From contig DATNQD010000053.1 of the NCBI GenBank assembly GCA_036702865.1, forward strand, positions 1,611 through 41,610: DNA of 40,000 nt, written 5' to 3'. Positions 1 through 7,715 of this stretch are shown one piece after another; position 1 is the stretch's first letter; each line of letters opens with the position of its first letter. The notes under the pieces were generated by a model. It saw only the letters and a program-made list of their open reading frames with translations, ran no database searches and was not told the DNA's origin. The DNA is from Trichocoleus sp. (GTDB lineage Bacteria > Cyanobacteriota > Cyanobacteriia > Elainellales > Elainellaceae). The translations under genes and the position numbers were made by a program.

Positions 1-383
1 AGAAAAAATATCTATCAGGAATGCGGCGTTTAGAAGAGTGGTTGTCTTTCTATGAACAGCGCTGTGTTTTCTGCAAGTTGAAAGTGATTAGTCAGGATAA
101 TCAAAATATTGTGGACGGCGCACATATCAAGCCGTTTTCTGAATTTCGGGACGATCGCTTTGATAATGGCATTTCTCTCTGCAAGAACCATCATTGGGCA
201 TTTGATCACGGTTGGTTTGGCATCGATGACAGCTACAGGATTGTTGTACCCGACGATCGATTCTATGAAGAGACTCCAACGGATACAAAGTCAATCCGAG
301 ATTTTCATGGAGAACGAATCTTAATGCCAACTCAACTGGAGTATCAACCGAGAACTGATGCTCTGAAATGGCACCGCAACTAA
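1..383 (+). CDS. HNH nuclease, 3' portion (gene start lies upstream of the window)
   Basis: The frame is open from nt 3 to the TAA at 381-383 with no upstream stop, so the ATG at 21 is probably internal. The translation contains CVFCKL ... DGAHIKPF ... NGISLCKNHHWAFDHGWF. That is a Cys pair plus the His/Asn/His beta-beta-alpha-metal core, as in HNH_2-type (PF13391-like) nucleases that often form the C-terminus of restriction-type enzymes. Confidence 0.7.
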   Translation, partial: KKYLSGMRRLEEWLSFYEQRCVFCKLKVISQDNQNIVDGAHIKPFSEFRDDRFDNGISLCKNHHWAFDHGWFGIDDSYRIVVPDDRFYEETPTDTKSIRDFHGERILMPTQLEYQPRTDALKWHRN

Positions 384-732
384 AGATTGCCGCGTGATCT
401 GCTGTTGTATTTGGGTGAAAGGGCGATCGCACACCATATCCTCATAACTGACCTGCGTGTGATGCTCAGATCTTGCAAGAGAAGCTTCCAGAAGAGGCGA
501 TCGTATGGATTAGATGGAACTGTCACCAGCAAAGAAGGCCGTCTAACGACTCAAATTAGCGGCAGCAAATACCCTCAAACTTAGCATCAGTAGCTTCGGC
601 TGTCCGCTGCATTGAATGGTTAGACATTATCAACCAAGAGATGAGAGTCAGGATCAGAACAACCGGGAATCTCTTACCAGCATAAAATAATCGTCAAGTA
701 AAGGCACAACTCCGAATGCCATACAAATGTAT

Positions 733-738
733 TATAAT
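733..738 (+). promoter_or_regulatory. candidate -10 box (TATAAT) upstream of the TcmP-like gene
   Basis: Perfect TATAAT lies 41 nt upstream of the ATG at 779, inside a 395-bp intergenic region. There is no convincing -35 hexamer at 17-18 bp spacing. Confidence 0.2.
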
Positions 739-778
739 AGTACATTTAGAAGTTCTAGCCATGTGGTGAAATCCAATT

Positions 779-2026
779 ATGAGTCGAGCTGAGTGGAGCG
801 CTGATGGTAGTACCCTGCCAGTTGTTGATCCTCATACTAAAGCTAAACACAAAATATTAGAGGAATACATTGAGAACCTTGTTATAACTCTGTATGGAAA
901 AGGTAGATATGGTGTGACAAATTTTACTTTCATAGATGCATTCTGCGGTGGTGGAATGTATGACGATCCTGGAATGCAGCAAAAATGGGAGGGCTCCCCT
1001 CTAAGAATTATCAAAGCTGTTCAAAAAGGATATGAAAGATCAAAAAGAAAATATCCTCTCAACGTAAAATACATATTCATGGACAGCAAGAAAGCTCATC
1101 TAGACTGTCTCAAGAATTATTCTTTGCCAGCAGCCGGACTTGAAAAAATTGCAGCTTCTAATAGTTGTATGTTTGAGCATGGAAATTTTGAAGATCTTAT
1201 AGATTGGCTTGTTTTTACTGTTGGAAATCATAAAGGGCATTCCTTGTTTCTACTTGATCCATTTGGATGGACACAAGTATCCATGTCAAGCATAAGAAAA
1301 ATCAATAGCTTATCAGGATCAGAAATAATTTATACATACATGATTGATTATATTGCTAGATTTATCGAACTTCGTAACGATTCACAGTTTAATAATTTTC
1401 AAAATATTTTAGAGGCAGATGGTTATTACTTGCATGCAGATCCCAGTAAGATAGAAACTTTTGGCGAACAATGCTATCTGCGAGATCAGTCTATGTTACT
1501 GTTCAGGGAGCGAGGAAATGCAAAATATGTTTTCACATTCTCGTTGATTCCGAGAGGTAATTATAGAGTCTTGTACTATTTAATGCACATGTCATCAAAT
1601 TTGACTGCACTTGAAGTAGTTAAAGAAAGTTTTTGGAAAGAGAACACTTTGGATTATGAATACTGTTTTGAGGTTTATGGACATGGCTTTAGAAGCTCAG
1701 ATTATTATCAAGAAGGTCAACTAGAGTTACAGTTTGACATTAATAAAGGAAGTAGTGAGTTCTGTATTGATAAGCTTGATAGAGATGTTGGAAAACTAAT
1801 TGAAGAAAATAGAGAAGGTATTAGATTTAGAGATATATCTAATCAAACAATGGAGAAAAATCCAGCCAACAGAAACCACTACACCAAGTACCTAAACAGA
1901 CGTAGAGATGCAGCTGAAATTGAGGTTATGCGAAAAGGTGAGGTTTTAACTAATAACAAAATAATTTTCCAGCGAGGAGACATTATCCGGCCTACGCAAT
2001 ACAAACAACTTTTCTTTAATCTTTGA
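779..2026 (+). CDS. tcmP: TcmP-like protein (three-Cys-motif partner protein), Rossmann/methyltransferase-like fold suspected
   Basis: 415-aa ORF starting at ATG 779. N-terminal DPHTKAKHKILEEYIENL is followed by FIDAFCGGG (929-955, an FxGxG glycine loop) and LLDPFGW (DPFGW at 1256-1270, a DPP-like motif). This layout, directly upstream of a three-Cys radical SAM gene, matches my memory of the TIGR04474 TcmP family. Sampled 60-nt lines are only 25-28% GC. Confidence 0.55.
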   Translation: MSRAEWSADGSTLPVVDPHTKAKHKILEEYIENLVITLYGKGRYGVTNFTFIDAFCGGGMYDDPGMQQKWEGSPLRIIKAVQKGYERSKRKYPLNVKYIFMDSKKAHLDCLKNYSLPAAGLEKIAASNSCMFEHGNFEDLIDWLVFTVGNHKGHSLFLLDPFGWTQVSMSSIRKINSLSGSEIIYTYMIDYIARFIELRNDSQFNNFQNILEADGYYLHADPSKIETFGEQCYLRDQSMLLFRERGNAKYVFTFSLIPRGNYRVLYYLMHMSSNLTALEVVKESFWKENTLDYEYCFEVYGHGFRSSDYYQEGQLELQFDINKGSSEFCIDKLDRDVGKLIEENREGIRFRDISNQTMEKNPANRNHYTKYLNRRRDAAEIEVMRKGEVLTNNKIIFQRGDIIRPTQYKQLFFNL

Positions 2027-2070
2027 CTTTGAAGAATGTAAAGACAGCGAGGATATGAGGTTGATGAATT

Positions 2071-3087
2071 ATGTCAGTGCAAGGTGTAGAAACTATTTTA
2101 AATCCCTTACAAAAAAGCGCTTTGAATAAAAAAAGCTTGTGCGACTATGTTGTGAATGTTGCTTCAGGTTGTCTACATGGATGTACTTTTTGCTATGTCC
2201 CATCCACTCCAGCAATACGAACTAGACAATCTGATTTAATTGAGCAAGGCGTACCTGATCCACAGATGGATTGGGGACAATATCTTTTTGTGCGTGAAGA
2301 AGTACCCATTAAATTACGCGATAAGTTAAGCCGCCAACGTTCATGGCATGAAACACCTTCCGGTAGAGGTGTGGTGTTGTTGTGTTCAGGTACTGATCCT
2401 TACCAAAATAAGACAGTAGCAACAGTTACTCGGAAAACTGTTCAGGTCCTTCTAGAGTATGGGAAAAGGGTTAGAATTCTAACTCGTAGTCCTTTATGGC
2501 TTAATGATCTTGACCTATTAACTCATCCCAATGTTACTGTTGGAATGAGTATTCCCTGCTTGGACGATACTTTAAGTAGACAAATTGAGCCAAAAGCACC
2601 ATTACCTAGTTCGAGGCTAAAAGCCCTATTTCAAGGGAAGGAAGCAGGATGCCGGATCTACATAGCTATGGCACCAACTCATCCTGATATGGGCTACACA
2701 GAGTTTAAGCAAGACTTGCAGATTTTCAAAAAACTAGAACCAGAAGTGATTTTTTGGGAACCAATCAATGCTCGTGGTTCTAACGGGAAAAGAATGCTAG
2801 AAGCCGGTCTTACATTTGCAAAATCTGTTATGGCTCATAAATCTTGGGCACAGTGTTTTGTAAAGCAATGGGAATCTGTTGAAAAGGCAGCAGAAGATGC
2901 AAATATTCTAGATTCACTCCATATTTGGCCAGATCGAGAGTTAGTCAATTCCGTACCGCAGTCAATACTTGAGTATTGGTGGTATCGACCTACATTGGAA
3001 CAATGGACAGGACTTAATCAATGTGCAAACTCTAATGTTCCACGTCCAAGACTATCACAAGTGTTTGAAGAGGAGTTATTGGTTTGA
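2071..3087 (+). CDS. radical SAM protein, three-Cys (CX3CX2C) type, SPL/COG1533-like
   Basis: 338-aa ORF with GAGG about 10 nt upstream of the ATG. VNVASGCLHGCTFCYVPS gives the CX3CX2C cluster motif at 2170-2193, in the sequence context typical of spore-photoproduct-lyase-like (DNA-acting) radical SAM enzymes. It starts 44 nt after the TcmP-like gene on the same strand. Confidence 0.75.
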   Translation: MSVQGVETILNPLQKSALNKKSLCDYVVNVASGCLHGCTFCYVPSTPAIRTRQSDLIEQGVPDPQMDWGQYLFVREEVPIKLRDKLSRQRSWHETPSGRGVVLLCSGTDPYQNKTVATVTRKTVQVLLEYGKRVRILTRSPLWLNDLDLLTHPNVTVGMSIPCLDDTLSRQIEPKAPLPSSRLKALFQGKEAGCRIYIAMAPTHPDMGYTEFKQDLQIFKKLEPEVIFWEPINARGSNGKRMLEAGLTFAKSVMAHKSWAQCFVKQWESVEKAAEDANILDSLHIWPDRELVNSVPQSILEYWWYRPTLEQWTGLNQCANSNVPRPRLSQVFEEELLV

Positions 3088-3322
3088 ATTAACAACACTA
3101 CCTAGCGTATCTAACTACAGTTAGGGGGAAGGGTTCGAGAGATCATGCCGTTTGGAGTAGATAGACAGAAGCATTCGGCATATCACTTCAGATCAGATGG
3201 ATTGCAAGAATCTTTCCGCACAATACCCTACTCTGATGGATCACAAGATTTTTTCTGTGTATCTTCAAAAGCTTAAGTAACAGTTTTCAATGAAGCGATC
3301 GTCCCTCCCAAGCAACCCACGA

Positions 3323-3541
3323 TCACTCCTCTTCATCTGGCACATACTCAATCAAATCAGATGGCATACACTCCAAAAACTTACAAAGTGCATCTAATGT
3401 TTCTGCTCCAATGCGCGGCATGATGTCCTGATTTTTGAGATGTGACACAGCATTGGGATGAACACCCATCAGATCGGCTAACCGCTTATTGGTCATGCGC
3501 TGCCGAGCCATTATTTCTCTGAGCCGCCAACGAATTGTCAA
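3323..3541 (-). CDS. XRE/Cro-C1 family helix-turn-helix transcriptional regulator
   Basis: 72-aa ORF with a TTG start at 3541. RLREIMARQRMTNKRLADLMGVHPNAVSHLKN ... TLDALCKFLECMPSDLIEY is a classic short XRE HTH layout with an acidic tail. Confidence 0.8.
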   Translation of the reverse strand: MTIRWRLREIMARQRMTNKRLADLMGVHPNAVSHLKNQDIMPRIGAETLDALCKFLECMPSDLIEYVPDEEE

Positions 3542-3745
3542 CTTTGGTAATCCTAGAAACCTACAATCTCTCTACGTTGTTTGAATCAAGATCTTGAAAC
3601 CTGATCACATCTAAAACGAAAGGTCTGGCCTTGTTTTCACAAGGTGACATTGTGTGATATGATTCACACAGCTAAAGCCAATGCGTCCCCTGCGAAGTTC
3701 TGCACTGGCTCAGGCTCCATTCGTTTATTTAGGAGACAATCTATT

Positions 3746-3946
3746 ATGACCTATGGCGATCGCTTACGAAAGCGGTGGGCTGTTGTGCGCCTATTGCCCA
3801 AAATGCAACGGGTTGATGTGGGCTGGTTTTATCAATACTCTGACGCTGATGGTTATGCCAAAATCATGCGTCGATTAGATCCACAATTCCAGTTTGAGGT
3901 CGTGTTTGATGCAAACCTGACCGAGCGACAAACTCTGTCTACTTAA
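3746..3946 (+). CDS. small conserved hypothetical protein (66 aa)
   Basis: The ORF track gives 3644-3946. I prefer the ATG at 3746, which is preceded by AGGAG (3731-3735). MTYGDRLRKRWAVVRLLPKMQRVDVGWFYQYSDADGYAKIMRRLDPQFQFEVVFD resembles small cyanobacteria-restricted proteins I have seen, but I can name no function. Confidence 0.5.
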   Translation: MTYGDRLRKRWAVVRLLPKMQRVDVGWFYQYSDADGYAKIMRRLDPQFQFEVVFDANLTERQTLST

Positions 3947-3972
3947 TGTGATGCGGGGGTGATTACAGCAAT

Positions 3973-3980
3973 GCGATCGC
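3973..3980. repeat. HIP1 (highly iterated palindrome GCGATCGC), representative copy
   Basis: Perfect GCGATCGC copies start at 423, 3756, 3973, 4036, 5113, 5471, 9804, 11451, 11557, 11806, 15835, 16100, 16246, 19390, 21625, 24403, 25201, 25632, 26884 and 28601. This was a manual scan, so I may have missed some. There are many further 7/8 variants. HIP1 over-representation is a known cyanobacterial signature. Confidence 0.85.
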
Positions 3981-4507
3981 CCTTGTGGAACAACAATCTT
4001 AAAGTGACCAATTCAACAACCTATTATAGTCCAAAGCGATCGCTTAAATACCGATTCTGTCGTTGGGGCGATCGGGCGCGATGAAGCTCCCGACAAGCTA
4101 TTATTGTCCAAAAGTTCCACCTACAAGCATTAACGCTACATTGAGTACCACCTTGGCAGAGCAAAGCCTGAAATATCTGCTACCACTATAATACAGACCA
4201 TCGCGATCGAACTGCTCAAGCTGATTTGGGGTTGAAACAGCCAAATAGCCGTCTCATAACTAATACTTATAGGGTAGCTAGAACGAGTAGTACAGTAGGT
4301 TGTCTTGTTTAAGGGATGGTCTTCAGTTCACTTCTACCTAAACTATCTGCCCGAAAGGTGTTGGACGCAAACCGTTGACTTCGAAGTTAGTAGGCCGCTG
4401 CAAGTGTAATCGTCTCAGTATTTAACAAGCTGATGACCTTAGCTCTCGTAAAGCCTTAAAATTGTTTAGCCTTAGTTCAGCTAAGGAATTCCAACACCTC
4501 AGCTCTG

Positions 4508-5668
4508 ATGGCAGTTAGTATCCTCACAAACTCTTGCAAGAGTAAAATCCAGATGGACATTGCACTCTTAACCGCTTTCCTGGCTCCCTTTCTGCCTTTT
4601 TTGATGAAATTTGGAGAGAAAGCTTCTGAAAAGGCTGGAGAAAAGTTTGGAGAAAGTGCTTGGACCAAAGCTATGGGTATCTGGTCAAAGTTGCATCCTA
4701 AATTGGAGGCTAAGGATGACGCGCGAATTGCAGCAGAGCAAGTCGCCACGAAACCGGAAAGTGAAGCTCGCAAAGCAGTTTTTCAAGAGGAGCTAGACAC
4801 ACTGCTGAAGGAAAATCCAGATTTAGCAAAAGAGATCGCCAGAATTTTGCAGGAAGATGCTCCCGATGGTACTCCTGGCAATCAGGTTATTCAAAATGTA
4901 ACAGGCGGTCAAAACCAGGTTTTTAACATCTCAGGTAGTACCATTACCAATCTCACCGGAGCTGGTGATATTCATTATCAAGAAGCTGCCCATCAGCCAC
5001 CTATTCCCACTAAAGATGTCAAGGACATCAAGGAGACTGGAGCGATCAAAACAATCTTAGTTTTGGCAGCAAATCCTCGGGGAACTACACAGTTACGATT
5101 GGGAGAAGAGGTGCGATCGCTGCGAAGGGGGCTAGAACGTTCTCAGTATCGCGATCGATTTATGCTGATGGAGCGTTGGGCAGCAACGGCCATAGATATG
5201 CGGCGGGCACTGCTCGATTGCCAACCCCAGATTGTTCACTTCTCTGGGCATGGAGTTGGAATTGAAAATTCGGGTGATGAGCCATCATCTACTCGAAAAT
5301 TTACAGTTATTCCAGATCCTAAGACAGAACCGGAAGGATTGATGTTTGAGGATGAAACTGGAGAACCCAAGCTAGTCTCTGGAGAGGCAATCGCTAATTT
5401 GTTCGCATTGTTCAGCAATCAAGTCGAATGTGTGGTGTTGAATGCCTGCTACTCGGAAGTACAAGCGAGGGCGATCGCGCAGCACATTTCTTATGTAATT
5501 GGTATGAAACGGGCAATTGGGGATAAAGCGGCGATCGAGTTCGCGATCGGGTTTTATGATGCGTTGTTGGCAGGGCGATCGGTGGAGTTTGCCTACAACC
5601 TGGGTTGCAGCGCGATTCAGATGGCTGGGATTCCAGAGCGGTTGACCCCTGTATTGGTACAAAGGTAA
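4508..5668 (+). CDS. CHAT-domain (caspase-like) protease with helical N-terminal adaptor-like region
   Basis: 386-aa ORF; an alternative start is ATG 4553 (MDIALLTAFLAPF...). The C-terminal half reads ILVLAANP...LRLGEEVR...IVHFSGHG (His codon 5249-5251) ... VVLNACYS (Cys codon 5447-5449). This is the caspase/CHAT His-Cys dyad in its usual context. No signal peptide. Confidence 0.8.
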   Translation: MAVSILTNSCKSKIQMDIALLTAFLAPFLPFLMKFGEKASEKAGEKFGESAWTKAMGIWSKLHPKLEAKDDARIAAEQVATKPESEARKAVFQEELDTLLKENPDLAKEIARILQEDAPDGTPGNQVIQNVTGGQNQVFNISGSTITNLTGAGDIHYQEAAHQPPIPTKDVKDIKETGAIKTILVLAANPRGTTQLRLGEEVRSLRRGLERSQYRDRFMLMERWAATAIDMRRALLDCQPQIVHFSGHGVGIENSGDEPSSTRKFTVIPDPKTEPEGLMFEDETGEPKLVSGEAIANLFALFSNQVECVVLNACYSEVQARAIAQHISYVIGMKRAIGDKAAIEFAIGFYDALLAGRSVEFAYNLGCSAIQMAGIPERLTPVLVQR

Positions 5669-5719
5669 TTTCTATATACTCACGGGTAGGTTAGCAAGTA
5701 CTTCTTCGATTGATTGATG

Positions 5720-7645
5720 TTAGTCTCTCAAAAAACCAATTGGGCTAATAATTTTAACTAAGGATTTGAGAGAATCAACAATTGGATTCTTTAAGGGAAG
5801 TTCTTGACTTTGTGGTCCAGGATCTATTGTCCTTTCTATTTGATCGAAATCCTGTCCATAAAAATCCAGACTAATGAGAAAGGCGGGAACATTAATAGCA
5901 GTACAAAACTGGAAACTTGAATCGATACTCTCTTTAACAACAGCTTGAAGATTACCTGTCTCAATCTTACCTTTTGCTTTGCTTCTCATCTGGTTGAGTA
6001 GAGCATCAGCATATGCTTTGAGTTTAGGCTTATCCTCCGCATAATAAACTTTGACTTGTGTAGACCGTTTTAGAGCCTCTGGATAAAGATTTATGCGAAT
6101 CTCAACTGCGATGTCCCCACTTTGATAATCTTCTCGTTGCATAAGCGCTTTAAGACCGTTCTCATAAGAGCCCGCCGTCTCAAGTACATTTTCCATCGGC
6201 AAGGATTTTTCCGAGGACTCCCAAACCTTTTCCAACAAGAACTTTGCAAGCTCCACCTCTTGATTAACCTGTTCCGGGCTTGGAACTTCCCCAATAGGTC
6301 TCTGATACCCAGAAAGAAGATAGATCTTCCCCTTTACAGGCACATCACCTGTTTTGACTACATAGCGATTATTAGCCAACAAATCCTGTGCGACTTCGTT
6401 TTCCTTATTCTTTTCTAAAAAGTCAACGATCGCACACATCCGTGTTCCTAAGTTTCCTTGAATCTCAAACTCTTGACCAACAGCCAATTTTGCAATTGTA
6501 GAATGATGCAAACCAACAAGTTGCCACTTTTCATTACAGATGGCTGACCCAGAAGAACAGAAAGATACATCAGTTTCATAAGCAAGAAATTTTTGATAGA
6601 CTTCCTGCACAGAGTTATTAAAGAGAACGATTCTCTTTCGTCCGCCGCCAGGGTGCTGAATAACGAAAGCAGGTTCACCCCGGAGACCTACTCCTGAAAT
6701 CCTAGGCCGATCATTTTCCAATAGCGCCTCTTGTTTAATGGGTGGAGCAATCAATGTTGGATCAGAAAACATTGGAAACCAACCAAAATTATCACCTGCT
6801 TCAGGAAAGCCTAATCCATCTTCCTCATAATTTTCATTGGGCTTAACCTTGACTATGGTGAAGTCGAGAAACTTATCACTGATACAAGCTCTTGAATCAA
6901 GTTCATATACGATAGGAGTAACCTCTTCTCCTAAAGGATTTATCTCATATCTGAAATAGGCTAAAAATTTGTTGATTTCTTTTTTGTTCTTATCATTAAA
7001 GACATGAAAGTTGGTTGTTAAGTAGTTTTTACCCACTAGAAAGCCAGTCGCAAAAGGAATATAGATAGTAGCTTCGCGCAGCCTTTCTTTTTCATTAGGC
7101 TGTTCACTGATTCTTTTCCGCAGGTCGCTTAGTTCTTCCTTAACAACAGGATCTTCTAATACGTCAGCAACCTTTTTGTTTGGGTTGCTTTTGTCTATCC
7201 AGCGATCCAGCGATCCCCCTGGTTCTTTTATGGACAGCAATTTAAGCTTCCGCGATAACCATCGCAGAATTTCAGGAATGTCTTTTGTGCGGTGATCTTT
7301 AATTGTATCGATTAGCTCTTCTAGTTGAAGCCCACGTACTAGCAAACACACAGCGTCGCTACAGCGTAGCCCACGTCCTAAAAATTCAGAGAAGAGATAG
7401 TCAGGATCACCAACCGACAATAAACCTGAAGAGAGCGCTTTGTCTAATCTGTCCAGCCTTGATTCTATAATCTTGAGTAATTCTGGTTCTTCAAGCTGCA
7501 ATGGCTCTGAAAACCCTTGAAATTCTGTTACCTCAGGAAAACCATCAGTAGCTATTTCACATAATTCTGAACCTGGAAGCGCCTGGCAAATTTGCTCTTT
7601 AGTCGCCCAATTGCCAGAAGTCTTCAAAGTAAAGATTTCCACCAT
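5720..7645 (-). CDS. trypsin-like (S1/Trypsin_2-type) serine protease with unknown N- and C-terminal domains
   Basis: I prefer the ATG at 7645 (MVEIFTLK...), which has GGAG at 7654-7657, 8 nt upstream. The track's 7684 start is a TTG. Numbering from 7684, the catalytic triad candidates are His227 in TTNFHVF (7004-7006), Asp274 in LDFTIVKV (6863-6865) and Ser378 in FCSSGSAI (6551-6553). Their spacing is chymotrypsin-like. No signal peptide. Confidence 0.75.
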   Translation of the reverse strand: MVEIFTLKTSGNWATKEQICQALPGSELCEIATDGFPEVTEFQGFSEPLQLEEPELLKIIESRLDRLDKALSSGLLSVGDPDYLFSEFLGRGLRCSDAVCLLVRGLQLEELIDTIKDHRTKDIPEILRWLSRKLKLLSIKEPGGSLDRWIDKSNPNKKVADVLEDPVVKEELSDLRKRISEQPNEKERLREATIYIPFATGFLVGKNYLTTNFHVFNDKNKKEINKFLAYFRYEINPLGEEVTPIVYELDSRACISDKFLDFTIVKVKPNENYEEDGLGFPEAGDNFGWFPMFSDPTLIAPPIKQEALLENDRPRISGVGLRGEPAFVIQHPGGGRKRIVLFNNSVQEVYQKFLAYETDVSFCSSGSAICNEKWQLVGLHHSTIAKLAVGQEFEIQGNLGTRMCAIVDFLEKNKENEVAQDLLANNRYVVKTGDVPVKGKIYLLSGYQRPIGEVPSPEQVNQEVELAKFLLEKVWESSEKSLPMENVLETAGSYENGLKALMQREDYQSGDIAVEIRINLYPEALKRSTQVKVYYAEDKPKLKAYADALLNQMRSKAKGKIETGNLQAVVKESIDSSFQFCTAINVPAFLISLDFYGQDFDQIERTIDPGPQSQELPLKNPIVDSLKSLVKIISPIGFLRD

Positions 7646-7715
7646 ATTCGAGTCTCCTAAATTAATATAGCAATGTGAATCCAAGTGCTATACAGAATAT
7701 CTAAAGGCGTTGTGA

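Noticed and set aside
387-584. 65-aa ORF in the HNH-TcmP spacer.
   Set aside because: It has no ribosome-binding site and no recognisable motif, and the peptide is Arg/Leu-rich as expected from random translation. It also overlaps an equally long antisense ORF (127-432).
3125-3150. tRNA-like T-loop string GGGTTCGAGAG in the spacer after the radical SAM gene.
   Set aside because: The flanking 5-mers (AAGGG / GATCA) are not complementary, so no T-arm forms, and no acceptor or anticodon arms could be drawn. I found no tRNA in any other spacer either.
3145-3276. 43-aa ORF (MPFGVDRQKHSAYHF...) as a possible toxin partner of the XRE protein.
   Set aside because: It is on the opposite strand to the regulator and is not coupled to it. 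It has no similarity I can recognise to toxin families and is too short to judge.
4477-4773. 98-aa antisense ORF over the CHAT N-terminus, and similar shadow ORFs inside long genes (for example 6122-6418, 15462-15674, 17396-17716, 20526-20828, 26198-26446, 38593-38976).
   Set aside because: All are fully nested antisense or out of frame within ORFs that carry strong family motifs. They lack RBS and motifs and are typical shadow ORFs.
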